A DNA stretch of 55,845 bases, the filler included, from Asterionella formosa (lineage: Eukaryota): assembly GCA_002256025.1 (NCBI GenBank). It is 5 parts of 5 records of this genome, joined end to end, with 100 filler letters (N's around TTAATTAATTAA, not from the genome) between each part and the next. Parts side by side here need not be neighbours in the genome. Positions count along the whole stretch, not along the records: positions 22,427 to 33,523 come from NKIB01008830.1; positions 33,624 to 44,699 come from NKIB01008847.1; 3 more parts are not named here. One strand, given 5' to 3'. Below are positions 22,427 through 34,562 of this stretch, in pieces. Below the pieces are notes generated by a model. The model ran no database searches. It was given only the letters and a program-made list of their open reading frames with translations, and was not told where the DNA came from. The stretch's first letter is position 1; each line of letters begins with the position of its first letter. A program made the position numbers and the translations under genes.

Positions 22427-24739
22427 GGGTTACTATTAAAATTACAAGGGCATTTATCAAAATTATTAGATGATATAACGAAAAATTATGATCAGATGAT
22501 CATAATCATCCTATGATGCATCATAGGAATATGATGGTTTTTATTTGCAGACGTCAGCAGGTACTACATAGTACTCTGTACATGAATCCAGTCATACTAA
22601 GTATAATATAGATATGCAATATAGTAGATTGTTTACTTCATCTTACATAGTATGCTATGCTGACCGGTACACAGTATAATTAGCTATATTATTATTTAAG
22701 TGGTAGTACTAGTGGGTGTCACGGTAGCTGCGTTGAAATGATAATGTCACACAATAATCAAATTGCTACTTTAAGGAGCAAACGCACTTTAAGCAAAACG
22801 GTCCTACATTAAGCAAAACCAATGGAAGCAAATGGCAGAATAATCAAAACTGATTGGGCTCAATATTAAGCTAAATCAGATTAAATCAAAAAATATATTT
22901 GAGCAACAAGTCGGCCGGGTTCTTTTTAAACGGATATCAAGAAGAGACATCTTTATCAATTTGGAAGTGGAATACGTATTGCTGGTACGAAGTCTTACAT
23001 GGAAGTGGATGCAGAAAAATTACCGCAACTTGTTGGTACCAGTTTCCCCCTTTCCAATAACAGTTGCATCAATCAAATTCAAATTTCTCCAGCTGGGACA
23101 TTTTGACTCCAACAATTTTGTCCTGCTTAATTGACTTTTGAGCGGCTTCCTCTGAACTACAGATCCATGCAAATAAAATAAATATAGAACGATAAACATT
23201 GGCAACTACATTTAAAAAACCTTCTTGGGTTTTTTTGGTATTCACTTTTTGCTATCTCAAGCTATGGTAAATGCTTGCACACACGCACCTTGCTGGGTTT
23301 TTAAAAATCTTGCGAATTTTCAGTTTCGCGTTTGTTGGCATAGTATGAATTCTTTTGAGAAGCATTTGGATGAACTTCTTGAAAGAATTCATGGCTAGAG
23401 TTCTTGGCTGAAAACGTTTGCTTGGACTGCCTGCCAAAATCAGTTTCAATTCACAGTCATGCTGATATGATGACTCCTTCAACTGCAAATGTTTAAAGAT
23501 CACTTTCAACTTCCTTTTATCAACAAGCTGGTTTAAATGGCTTGGGTACATAATGCAATATATTCTACGAGCTACACGCTACTACCTGGTAGTAACCATG
23601 TAATAGTATCATGTACTGATCATGATCAGTCCAATGTACATGTATGTGTACTTAATACATCATAGTCGTAATGGTTCTTCATACTACATATATAGCTAGT
23701 GTAGAACTTACATTATTGATAAAAAATTTATCCAACAAGCGGTAGAATTACTATTATCTAAATGACCATCAATTTCAAGGATTTCCTCCTGAAATGGCAT
23801 CTTCAATCTTGACGAATTCATCTAGAAACGCAACCCCATGACCTCACATGTTCATTTGCCTTTTCTTTAGCTCCTAAGAGTCTTTTAGCAGCTCAACAGG
23901 CAGCTACAGCAGTATGGTCAACATAATGCAATATCTAGAACATGTCATCTGAAATTCTCCTGAAGAGATAGTCTGCGGCACCTTTGACATTATGAATGGA
24001 GGTCAGAATCCAGTATCAATTGGATGGCATCCTCAAGTTCTTGGAGAAACTTTGTCCAGCACTGCACACCAATTGACCAAGTCCAAAGATCCAACTTTCA
24101 CTGTTGATCCACAACAGTGATGATGGGCACAGCTGCATCCATTGTTGCTTGCAATCAAGCCAAGTATTGCTGACCATCAGAGACAAGGATGTCATTCATG
24201 TCAACATCCATTTTGATGATAATTATGATGATGAATGAAATCAATCAAACTAGCAAAATCAATGCATGAGAATTGCTATATCTATACATTTACCCAATGA
24301 ATCTATGCTTGCTCAATTGTTTTCGATTTTTTATTTAGATGCTAATAATTTAATTACAGAAATATAGTTTAAGCTCATATCTATGTTACTCATAAATATT
24401 GCTTTTTTGAATAAGCTGACCCCCATCTACATAATCACACCAAAAATATGCTGCTTGGCACATAAGTCATGGAAAATCGTTGCATTTCTTATTGGATAGA
24501 GGGAGTACCAGGTACTGTATCATGATCAGCCACAATAGTATCCTCCCTCTCTGCATGACAAAGCAAGTGATGAAAAAGATGCATGGAATCATTGGGAACC
24601 TGGTAGACAACTGGGGTATTAGCTATTTAGAAGACAGTATTGCAAAATAATAGCCATGTAATTCCAATAACCCAAAACCAAGAGTAACCCAAAACTGTCA
24701 GAATGGATGTTCGACTCACTGTAAATGCCCAAGTTGCCT

Positions 24740-25312
24740 TTAGCCTTTTAATTTTCTGTCAAAGTAAATGCAATCCAAAATCGCCCTGACTGCAGGATGC
24801 CCACTAGGCTTTACACTAGGTAGCGACCACTGGGTACCCAGTCCCTCTCTGCCATGAAAGTAGGTGGAATCCTTGCGTATAGCGATCTGCACCTTTTCTG
24901 GTAACTCGGGTGATTCCAGGTCATAGGCGTGAAAAGATGCATGATGCAGCAATATTGCTGGGTCCTTCCAAGATTTTTGATTCTTTCCATGATATTCTTC
25001 GTCATTCAATGCCCAATTTGTCTTGGCGTCATTCGTTCGCTCTACAGGTCTCTCCGTTTGCTGTGCCATTTCCTTACTTGTGACCGAGTGGTTCGATTTT
25101 TTCTTTTTTGATGATGCCTTTTTCGAACTTTTCCTGGCTGAGGTTGAACCAGCAAAAGTCTTGGAAGCTTTGACGTAGTTTGGTGTAGATGAATGAAAAT
25201 GACGAAATAATACCATGCTGCTTCGCTCGAAACCTTTTCTCGCAAGGGTCAGTGAGAACTCTTGGATGGCCAGGGTGGTTAGGCGACGCGCTCTACTCGA
25301 TGATCGGAACAT
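24740..25312 (-). CDS. Hypothetical protein with an Arg/Ser-rich, mitochondrial-presequence-like N-terminus; possibly a truncated or decayed gene
   Basis: ATG at 25312 gives MFRSSSRARRLTTLA...RHFHSS. A GTGAGT donor-like site lies shortly after the TAA. Confidence 0.45.
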   Translation of the reverse strand: MFRSSSRARRLTTLAIQEFSLTLARKGFERSSMVLFRHFHSSTPNYVKASKTFAGSTSARKSSKKASSKKKKSNHSVTSKEMAQQTERPVERTNDAKTNWALNDEEYHGKNQKSWKDPAILLHHASFHAYDLESPELPEKVQIAIRKDSTYFHGREGLGTQWSLPSVKPSGHPAVRAILDCIYFDRKLKG

Positions 25313-26760
25313 TGTGTACTTCCTCCGTGTATCGGTATGCTGATTCAAATGGGCTGATGGTCGTATGCCCGTCTCAACCAGTAGCTTCCACCGCAACAAT
25401 GTCTCGTCGACTCTTACTCAATAAATAATCTCAAGCGTTGCTTCCATCAAATTATCATGCAGCGCCAGTATAACCGATAGATCAACCCACGACTGGTCCG
25501 TGTTCCAACAGAAACGTCGCTACATATTTTAAGCTTGCTAAACAAAATGCGCGTGCTTGTTTGTGTTTTTTGGTATTGCAACCGCTGTCCTCACGGCATT
25601 ATTATTCATGAAGTTTATAAGCACGAAAATTATGTAGGAATATTAATATTTATATTCTGAAGTCTGCTATGTAGTCTGTGGTACCGTTACCAAGTACCAG
25701 TAGAGTCTACTGGTACATGAGGTCAACTGTTAAAAGCTTCGTTTTAGAGCAGTGATCACTTTAGTTTCTCAACTTTATCTGATTGTCGCCTAATTTAGCA
25801 GGCTTCCTTGCCCCTTGTTTGGATGACTGCACCTTCGACTCACAATGGTATTCACCATGTGAATTGCTTGCACTTGTTAACAAGTTTTTTGTTGACAAGA
25901 ACAAATTTCATCCAGAATGATAGCTAATCAAGATGTCGTTCTTGTTGCGAGTCTAGAAACAGCTACTGCGCTAGACAACAGCAGAAACTCTATATTTCTA
26001 GAGGCTATATCGACTACAATTAATGGTCAAGAGTTTGTCCCTCTAAAAATGGGAATTTCGGTTTGTTGGATGTCAGCCCACACACTGAATGGCGGGAAAG
26101 GCCAAATGACCCCTCCTCCCCTGCTGCAAAAGAACCCTTGTCCTACACCCTTTCCAGCATCGACCTAGTACTTCCCCTTGCTGCCTCATGCATTATTCAT
26201 TGAAATTGACCACCAGCTGATGGTGATTTATTCTTCCTGCCTGTTCCCTGCCACCAGTGAACATCGAGTAACAGTGCAGCAGCCAGTTGCATTGAGCAAG
26301 AATGCCTCTGCATGGACCGGTATTAGGAATAAAATCGTTGTCGTTCTCAATGGTGAACGATGAAGGTGTTCTTAATGAACTATAATAGAACTCGGATTGA
26401 TCATTAGCTGATATATCATCATTTTTATTACTTAGAAATTTTGAATTACCCCCTTTTCACAAATGGTGACAACGACATATTGGAGGCGATTTCTAACTTT
26501 TAAAATATTGACTTTAACTGGTAAATCTTGTCTGGGTGCTGCATGTTGCTGGAGTTGGAGAACCACCATATGGAAGCAAGGCTTAACAATTAAAGCCATG
26601 ATTGTTGAGAGAGTTTTATGTGTCGCTATTTGCTGAGGGGTGATAATCCCTTTTCTGATGGCCATAAAGTTAAAAATGCCGGTATTTAGCATACATTAAT
26701 CTTTCTCGTGTTAAAATCAATTTTATATTGCTGCCCTGGCATTCCAAATCCTATCCATAA

Positions 26761-27153
26761 TGACAAGTGCTCCATGTGACTCCCTCCCGCATGCGGGTAT
26801 CTCCTTACGCAGAAATTGCCTTTTGCAGTACTAGTATTTTCATCATTTCCTGCTAGCCTTCTTGCTAGGTTTTGTTATTGACCCTACTCCGTCAATTCTC
26901 ATTGTTTCTTAAATTATATGCTTTACCTAGCTCTAAACCTAGTTTTAATCCCATTTATATCACTTGGAGAACGTATTCGTTGTGTTCCCTTTACGTTGAT
27001 ACAAACCTTCGTCTGATTGATTCAAATATTTAGTCTCGTTAGCAAGCTTGCTTCTTGAAGTGGGAACGCACCATTTGACTCATTGGACTGTTTTAGAGTC
27101 TACCGTCCTCGTGACTCGTTCTAGCCATTGATGATACTGTTATATTCTTGACA
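26761..27153. mobile_element. Solo-LTR-like repeat, 393 bp
   Basis: Termini TGACAAG...CTTGACA (TG..CA, imperfect inverted repeat). Homologous to about 174-538. No clear TSD. Confidence 0.65.
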
Positions 27154-27659
27154 GTCAACATCAGTCGTCACTCTCCGTGACATATCCAAATTTGTGGTAC
27201 TGCTTAGACTACATACTGGTACCTGGTACAGTCTTTCATTTACTTAAAATATGAATAGACTATGTAGGGACTGCCGATAAGCCTACGGGTAGACTCCCTG
27301 GATAAGTTTCCCCGGTAATTGTGGTCAACATCATATTGCTTGTAATACGTTTGGCATGCATTAAACCGGTAGTACCTTGTAGCTTTAATAGCTTTAAAAA
27401 ACTATAAAAAATTAAGAAGTCGAACAAAGGAAACGATCGTCTCATGGTTTTACCGGTAGCAGACTATATCTTGAGTCCCGTATACAATACCGGCAGGAAG
27501 ACTTTCGCACGAGGACTTGCTCACTCTTTCGTTCTATGATCAGTATACCGGTAGTCTACCTGCAAATAAATGGTTCATAATGGTTTCCTACATATCATAT
27601 ACTTGGAGTTCATTTGCATCTAAATCTAATATCCCTATGTCAACTAATTGGCATGGCAT

Positions 27660-28641
27660 TCATACGAGATCCGAGAAGGCATTTCCTGAAAGAGGTCGAA
27701 CAATTGTGTTAGACCTGATTCTCATTTGCGCTTTGCATTTCGACACGCTAAAGGCAACTTACTCATTCCGCGAACGAAAGCGGAAAGATCATCCGTCTGG
27801 TTCAGCCCATCTGTCATTCTCATTAAAGTCGACGTTGGAATAGCAGGTTGGCAGTTGTCCACTTCGTAGACTTCGTCATCATTCACTTTGAGCTGAAAAA
27901 AAAATGTGCGCGATGGTTCGCCGGCGTCCAGCTGTGTGAATGTGAATCTGAAAAAAAAGATGTTTGGCAGGTTGTTGAGACACCTGATACTACGATCTCA
28001 CCACTCCACTCAAGAAAACAACGATATCATAAAACGTACCGCAACTTGTTCCCCTCTGCCTTTTCAAAGTCTAGTCCCAAGTACTTGTAGTTCACAATTC
28101 CCCTCGTCAAGTCATCAACGGTAGTTTTCTTCGCCTCTTCCACTTTGGCCTTCATGTCACGAACATCCGCCGCCCTCAGTTGATAATCCGCTTCCTCCTT
28201 TCGCATTGCTACATAATAGTTTCGAGAATCGCATGGGGGAGGTGAGAATTTATTTCGACCAGCAAAAATAAGCAAGCAAATGAAGATTTACATACCTTCT
28301 AAATCTTTCTGTCGCTTGGAACGTTCTTTATCCAATTTCTCAATTTGTTCTTTCAGTTTGTTTTGCTGAGCGAGCATTTCTTCTTTACGTTGAACAAGAC
28401 CTTCGGGGGTTTCGTCTGCGGCAGCTAGTCCACGCTCTAATTTGAGAGCTTCGAGACTGTCTGCAAGCTGATCAATCAAGCTTTGCTCTTGCGAGACTTT
28501 CTGATTGTACGCAACAACCTCAGAATCAACGGCGGCATTCTGAGCTTCAACAAAAGCACGAACTTTGACACGAGATGCCTTTAATGTCTCCAATAACGAA
28601 GACGTGAAACCCAAGGAGACATCTTCGTTGAATGGTGGCAT
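27660..28641 (-). CDS. SPC25: Kinetochore NDC80-complex subunit Spc25; exons 28641-28296, 28208-28040, 27947-27763, 27685-27660
   Basis: Three GT-AG introns (87, 92, 77 nt) join a coiled coil to YKYLGLDFEKAEGNKLRFTFTQLD..EPSRTFFFQLKV....YEV.NCQP...LN.T.DLSAFVRGMRNAF*. Confidence 0.9.
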
Positions 28642-29903
28642 GATTATCAATGGACGACGGAAGTTTCGTCGAGGTTGAAATAGAAGGGTGGAGCGAGGAA
28701 ACAAGCAACAATCAAAGCTTGACGTAATTTTGAGTGTTTTTGGTGTGTTTGTTTGTTTGATGTTTGCCATACACACATGTGTACATCCTCAGTAAACATG
28801 GAAAATGATAGATGGCTGCTACTTCGGTGTACCTCGTCATCCCCAACGGCGAAAACGAGGGAGATTATTTATGGTTCAAACACGCCTGTGGTACCATGAT
28901 GATGGTTTGCCCGTTGTACCTACCGGTATGTGGAACTATGACTATCAGGTACCGGTACCTGGTACTCGGAATACTCTGTACCAGGGTACCAGTACCGGTG
29001 ACCACCGTAGTATGATCATGTATTGATTCGAGCCGGTAAAAGATGTTTGAAAATGAGACGACCCTGATTTTATTCTTGATTCTACGTACAGTATCATATT
29101 TGCAAACTGTACCAGTAGTTGCACCGATTCTTTGAATTGTTTTCACCGGGGCCATTTCTGTCGACCCCTACGATTTTCTCCGACTACAACCTGGTGCTCC
29201 TAGCACTGGGAGTTGCCGGAAACGCCCATAGGCTGTGTGGCAAAAAATCACGTAGAAAATAGGAAAGAAAAAATCGGGTAGAGGCTTGTTTTTATTTGTG
29301 TATTAAGAGAAATCCAAAGCAGAAGCGAAGAAGCAGTGGGTTGACAGACACCTCACAGTGTCTACGGCAAAGAAAAGAAGAGGAGTTGAGGGGTCAGGCA
29401 ACCGCAAAAGGGCTCAGTAACATGTCAATGCAATATCAAAAGATGAATTGCAAAATTATAACTACCAGTACGTGATGTATTATTCTACTGTAGGTAGGTA
29501 GGACAGACGGTTCAGCTGTATATCACACTGACATGCTTATATTAGTGATGTAATAAAACAGGTCGTGGAGATATTGTGAAGCCCTATCCCTAATCCACCA
29601 AATTTGGGGATAGGGATAGGTTTCGTGATGTCATCGGACACCAAAATAAATAGCAAAAGACACCATACAAATAAAAATTTAGTATAAATACAAGTTTAGC
29701 CACATTATATACTGGTACACGCACATGTTGTACATAAATGAAACCATGTAAAAATTTGACAGTGGTGACAACTAAAAGTAATGCAATGTAGTTAATGAGT
29801 GAGCCAGCCATCATGTTAAAGAGTGAGAGCATCCCAAGAACATTCCCATGGTCATAAAAAGTACGAAATCAAGGAAGATTTGGTATACATTAATTTCAAC
29901 CTC

Positions 29904-29989
29904 AAGTAGCCACTATTCGTAGTATATTGATAAGTAGCCACTATTCGTAGTATATTGATAAGTAGCCACTATTCGTAGTATATTGATAA
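29904..29989 (+). repeat. 28-bp perfect tandem repeat, 3 copies
   Basis: AAGTAGCCACTATTCGTAGTATATTGAT three times with no spacers. Confidence 0.95.
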
Positions 29990-30146
29990 ACAAAGTTATA
30001 TGAAAATCAGTAGTGGGACACAATCGTTAGCAAAATTTGGGTTGCTTTGATATAAGATGGTGTGGTGACATCAAAGCTTTTGAATATGGTACTAGTTGCA
30101 TGAATGATATATTGATAGTAACTTATTGTATACTATCTTCAAGTGA

Positions 30147-33040
30147 CATCTAAGCCGCGCATTACGTGAAGTGACCATCATGTAAAAAAGCCTAGTAGAT
30201 TTTGAATGGATCACATGAATTAATTGAACACATCAAAATGATAACTTGAATATATCTAGATATTACTATCTGAATACATCACATTAATTATTTGATCAGA
30301 GTATCACACATGCATTCCTGATCATCACTATATTACGTGATCACCTTCACGTAATTATTTGAAATACTTCAATTAATTCTGTAATTTAGTTCACATTGCC
30401 TTATAATTTTGTTCACGTAATTCTATAATATAGTTCACGTAATGTATTAAATTTGTTTACGTAATTTGAAAGTACTATCACATAATGTTGATTCCTAATT
30501 CAACTAGTACCGGTATTTCACATTACATAGGAAAAAATCTGGATATGCAATCAAAAAAAGCTGTTCCATCAGAATGGAATCTCCAGTCTTGAGAAGGCAT
30601 GCTTTATGAGGCACCTGTAAGGACAATGCAAGACGAAGAGAAGCCATTCATTCAGAAGGGAAAAATTATTCACTCTTGAACAGGCATCATTGTACGAAGT
30701 TGCAACATGAATACATCACACACTGGCTTCCTTCTTGTTGTCCTTGAAATATTTCTTCATTGACCTGCAAAGATTTACAAAACAACAGTGTGTCAGTAAT
30801 TCATATGATAGAACTAGCAACAGCAGAAAGCAACACACACATGTAGTAGTATTCAGCTGTTCCTCAGGGCAGTCGAATTGAAACAACAAACCGGCAACAA
30901 CCAGGCAGCACCACAACTCACTGATGCGTTCAAAAGAATGCTCCTGGGCAGCACCACAACTCACTGATGCGTTCAAAAGAATGCTCCTGTTGTGAAATGG
31001 ACGGATAAAATGTAAAATAAATGTAGACAACAATAACAGAGCCATGTGATTTATCGCTCGCTTTGCTGATACAATGACAAAAACTGAAGATTGAGCTTAC
31101 CTTAAAGGCCTCCATAGCGGGTCTCCATTTCTATCATTTCACCCTCTATCACTCATGCTTTCCAAAGAACTCTCCTTTTCTGAAAAGGCCTGTTCAAATG
31201 TCAAATGAATTTTGTAAAGAACAGCATATCAGTATAGTTATCCTTTGCTTGGTGATATGATAGCAAAAATAATAAGCAAATAAATCTTACCTTAAAAGCA
31301 TCGATTGCTTACGATCTCAATGTTGCATCATTCCACCTTCTGTTGTTGCAACAAACAATATGTGAGTTCTTGGCTGATGTAGGATTTGTTAATGGTGAGG
31401 CACTGAAAAGCTAGAAGGGGATGCTGGTTTTAAGGGTCGCCCCATGTTGAAAACTTATTGTGCACAGTGGTGGTTAAATGTTGTCTTTATGAATTCAGAG
31501 GAGGTCAAAAATCCTGGCGCAGCCATGACTTCCTCTTTCTACCAACAGAACCTACAATCTACACGAAAAAACCTGGTGCAGTCTTACTTCGTCGGGACAA
31601 ATTCTGATGCTACAAGTGTGACCTAAAACAAATATGACAAGAAGGAGAGGACACAGCCAATGGTTACTCTTAATAGATTCACAGTACAAACGCCATATTC
31701 TATTGTAATAAGGGAAAACGGGAATGCCGGTAGGGCAAAGCAACCTACAGTTCCACAACACGCACGTAGAAATGAGAACAATTTCACAGTACGAGCGGCA
31801 TAATTCCTATGGTAACAAGAAGGGGAAGACGGAAATACTGGTAGGGCAAACCTACAGTCTCACACTTGTAACGACGACCTGGTTCCTACCAGCCAGGAGT
31901 ACCTGGTGGTACCATACAGTATAGCTATTTGTTAGTATGTCTGAGTGCAGGGTCAAAAGACCCAAGGTACCTGGTAGCCCTGGTACCTGGCACTGGTAGT
32001 ATGTATCATAGCCCTGTGTAGGCCTTCTAAACTGGTACCTGGTCCCAGGTACCTTGTACCATACCTATTCATTAGCTGAGGTCAACAGACTCAGCATCAC
32101 GATGCTATTCCAGACATATTCACAATACAGGTATGTTGTTCATATACTTTTTCTATCTTTAGAATTCATAAGAAATATAGTTTATGTAAAAGAATAAGAG
32201 AATTCATATTGGATGCTGACAATATCGATGATAAGGATGATTGTTGATATACTTCATGCACCCAGTTGCCGACAACCACATTGCTTCAATTTTCTCCATC
32301 AATTCATGCCTGATAGCACTCCCAAAATTTGCATTCGATAACACACACTGATTGGAATGGATATTTAGTTTAGTATTTTAAACTCAATATTAAATGATTC
32401 GTTCCATAACTGTTTTGTGCTCATTAGGGCTGGTTGTTGCTTGTTGCATCACGTATCATGTCGCGATATTTCTCGAGATCCATTGCGCTCCGTTTTTCTC
32501 AATCAATCAAGGGCAGATTTCAATCAAACAATTAGTAGTGAAGTTGTCTTTCGCAATGATATATCCTCTAACAATTTTATCTTAAACATTTAAAATATTT
32601 AGTTGTAACATCAACTAGTCCTGCCTCGGAAATAACCATATGATTGTGAACCATGACGTGAAACCACGACAAGTAATCTTGTTCAGTATAAGAGTAAATA
32701 TTATTTACGTGAAGTGCACAACCATAAACTGTAGCATGAATTAAGACACCACAAATATCCTTACTATTTCACAAAGGAAGATGCATGTCGTAAATGAATT
32801 AGCCTCAAGAGCAGGACTTAGTTGAACTTTGAAATGAATTATTTGAAACATCAACTAATTTAGTCTCGAGTTCAAAGTTTTTTGTGAAATCTTAACATGA
32901 AACCGTTAAAACTTCACATGAATCCGTTAAAAGTAAGCTTTTCTACGGGAAGAGTAGCATTAATTCATGTGAAGTACCACATAATTAACACTCCTACATA
33001 GAGCAAATTTCGAAAAGTGGCTTATTTCGCGGCTTAGATG
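30147..33040. mobile_element. Complete non-autonomous DNA transposon (2894 bp) with 13-bp TIR CATCTAAGCCGCG and 2-bp TSD GA
   Basis: GA|CATCTAAGCCGCG ... CGCGGCTTAGATG|GA. Subterminal TTCACGTAAT/ATTACGTGA repeats at 30160-30470. Homologous copies in two other scaffolds. Confidence 0.85.
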
Positions 33041-33523
33041 GACTTGCAAAATGATTGTCACTTATTGTACAATATCTTCCAGTGAATTGAATCATTCAAC
33101 ATCATATCTTGGATGCATAAAGATAGAGATACAGAAGAATCAGTAGCAAGGAGGATTAGGTGTGCGACATTGATATAGAATTGTATACCGACCAAATCAT
33201 GAAGATGGTACTGGGCGCGCTCTGATAATAAAAAATTATTATATCATGTGTATTATAACACAAATCGTTGTACCCATAACCCCAAAATTTGGTCAACACA
33301 AACACAAATTTTTTACAGTTATAAATAACAGTGCATTATATAAAAAGATGTTTAGACATGAATGACTATAAAGAATTTCCCGGAATATTTCAAGACTTGC
33401 TTGCTCATACTCAAAATGGCTTGCTCTTGCCAAAATAGGTATGCATATACATATGCATATCGTTACATATCAATCAACCTCCTCAATAAATCGATCGTCA
33501 TCGCTTTTAGATTTCGGCCATGT

Positions 33524-33623
33524 NNNNNNNNNNNNNNNNNNNNNNNNNNNNNNNNNNNNNNNNNNNNTTAATTAATTAANNNNNNNNNNNNNNNNNNNNN
33601 NNNNNNNNNNNNNNNNNNNNNNN
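33524..33623. other. Artificial scaffold-joining spacer
   Basis: N44-TTAATTAATTAA-N44. Confidence 0.97.
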
Positions 33624-33875
33624 CCAGGTACCAGGTACCTAAGATACTCGGTCAGCATCAGCAGAATTTGCTGCGATTCACGGTCCTGCCTTCGCTCGTC
33701 ACAAAGACGTCAGCCATTTCGCTCTAGCCGGCGACCGTTAGTCACTTGATCTCGTGACTGAATCTTACCACTTACCTCTTCCTGGTTTTTCATTCCATCT
33801 CGCACAGCATAATATTCAAGCCCTCGCGCCCTGGCCCGCCACACCTACCATCAATAAAGGCATTGCATCGCGACA

Positions 33876-34562
33876 ATGAAGACTGTACTTGCCACCCGTT
33901 CCATCGAAATCCCTGCAGGAGGTACGTTGGAGTAAAGGGGGAGAAGCAAGAGCTGCAGAAAGATCGGGATTTGGACAATTACTTAACTCACAAATCTACT
34001 TCCTTCACACCTCACAGTCACTGTGGAGATTGCCGCACGCAAAGTCACGGTCACTGGACCACGTGGGACTCTCACTCGTGAATTCAAGCACATTGCCATG
34101 GATCTCATGAAGGTGGGAGAAACGGATGAAGAAGGTGTCACCAAGGACTTTGTCCGTGTGGACCTTTGGTTCGCGTCCCGTAAGCAACTCGCCTGCGTCC
34201 GTACCGTTTGCTCGCACATTGACAACATGTTTGTCGGTGTCACTCAAGGATTCCTCTACAAGATGCGATTCGTATATTCCCATTTTCCTATTAACGTGAC
34301 ATTGACTGGAAATGTTGTGGAAGTTCGTAACTTTTTGGGAGAAAAGCGTGTCCGAAAGATTCCGTTGTTGGACGGTGTCACTTATGTTCGTACGGCCAGT
34401 GTGAAGGATCAAATTGAGCTTTCTGGGAATGATATTGCTGCAGTCTCGCTCATGGCTGCCAAGATCCAACAAGGTACCAACATTCGTAATAAGGATTTGC
34501 GTAAATTCCTTGATGGAATCTACGTTTCAGAAAAGGGACCAATCCCTCCTGGTGAAGAGTAA
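33876..34562 (+). CDS. RPL9: 60S ribosomal protein L9 (uL6); exons 33876-33921 and 34018-34562
   Basis: MKTVLATRSIEIPAG / V.V...VTGPRGTLTREFKH...GFLYKMRFVYSHFPIN...RNFLGEK...KDLRKFLDGIYVS. Intron 33922-34017 (GTACGT..CACAG). Confidence 0.97.

Noticed and set aside
29904..29989. CRISPR-like 28-bp repeats
   Set aside because: Head-to-tail copies with no spacers.
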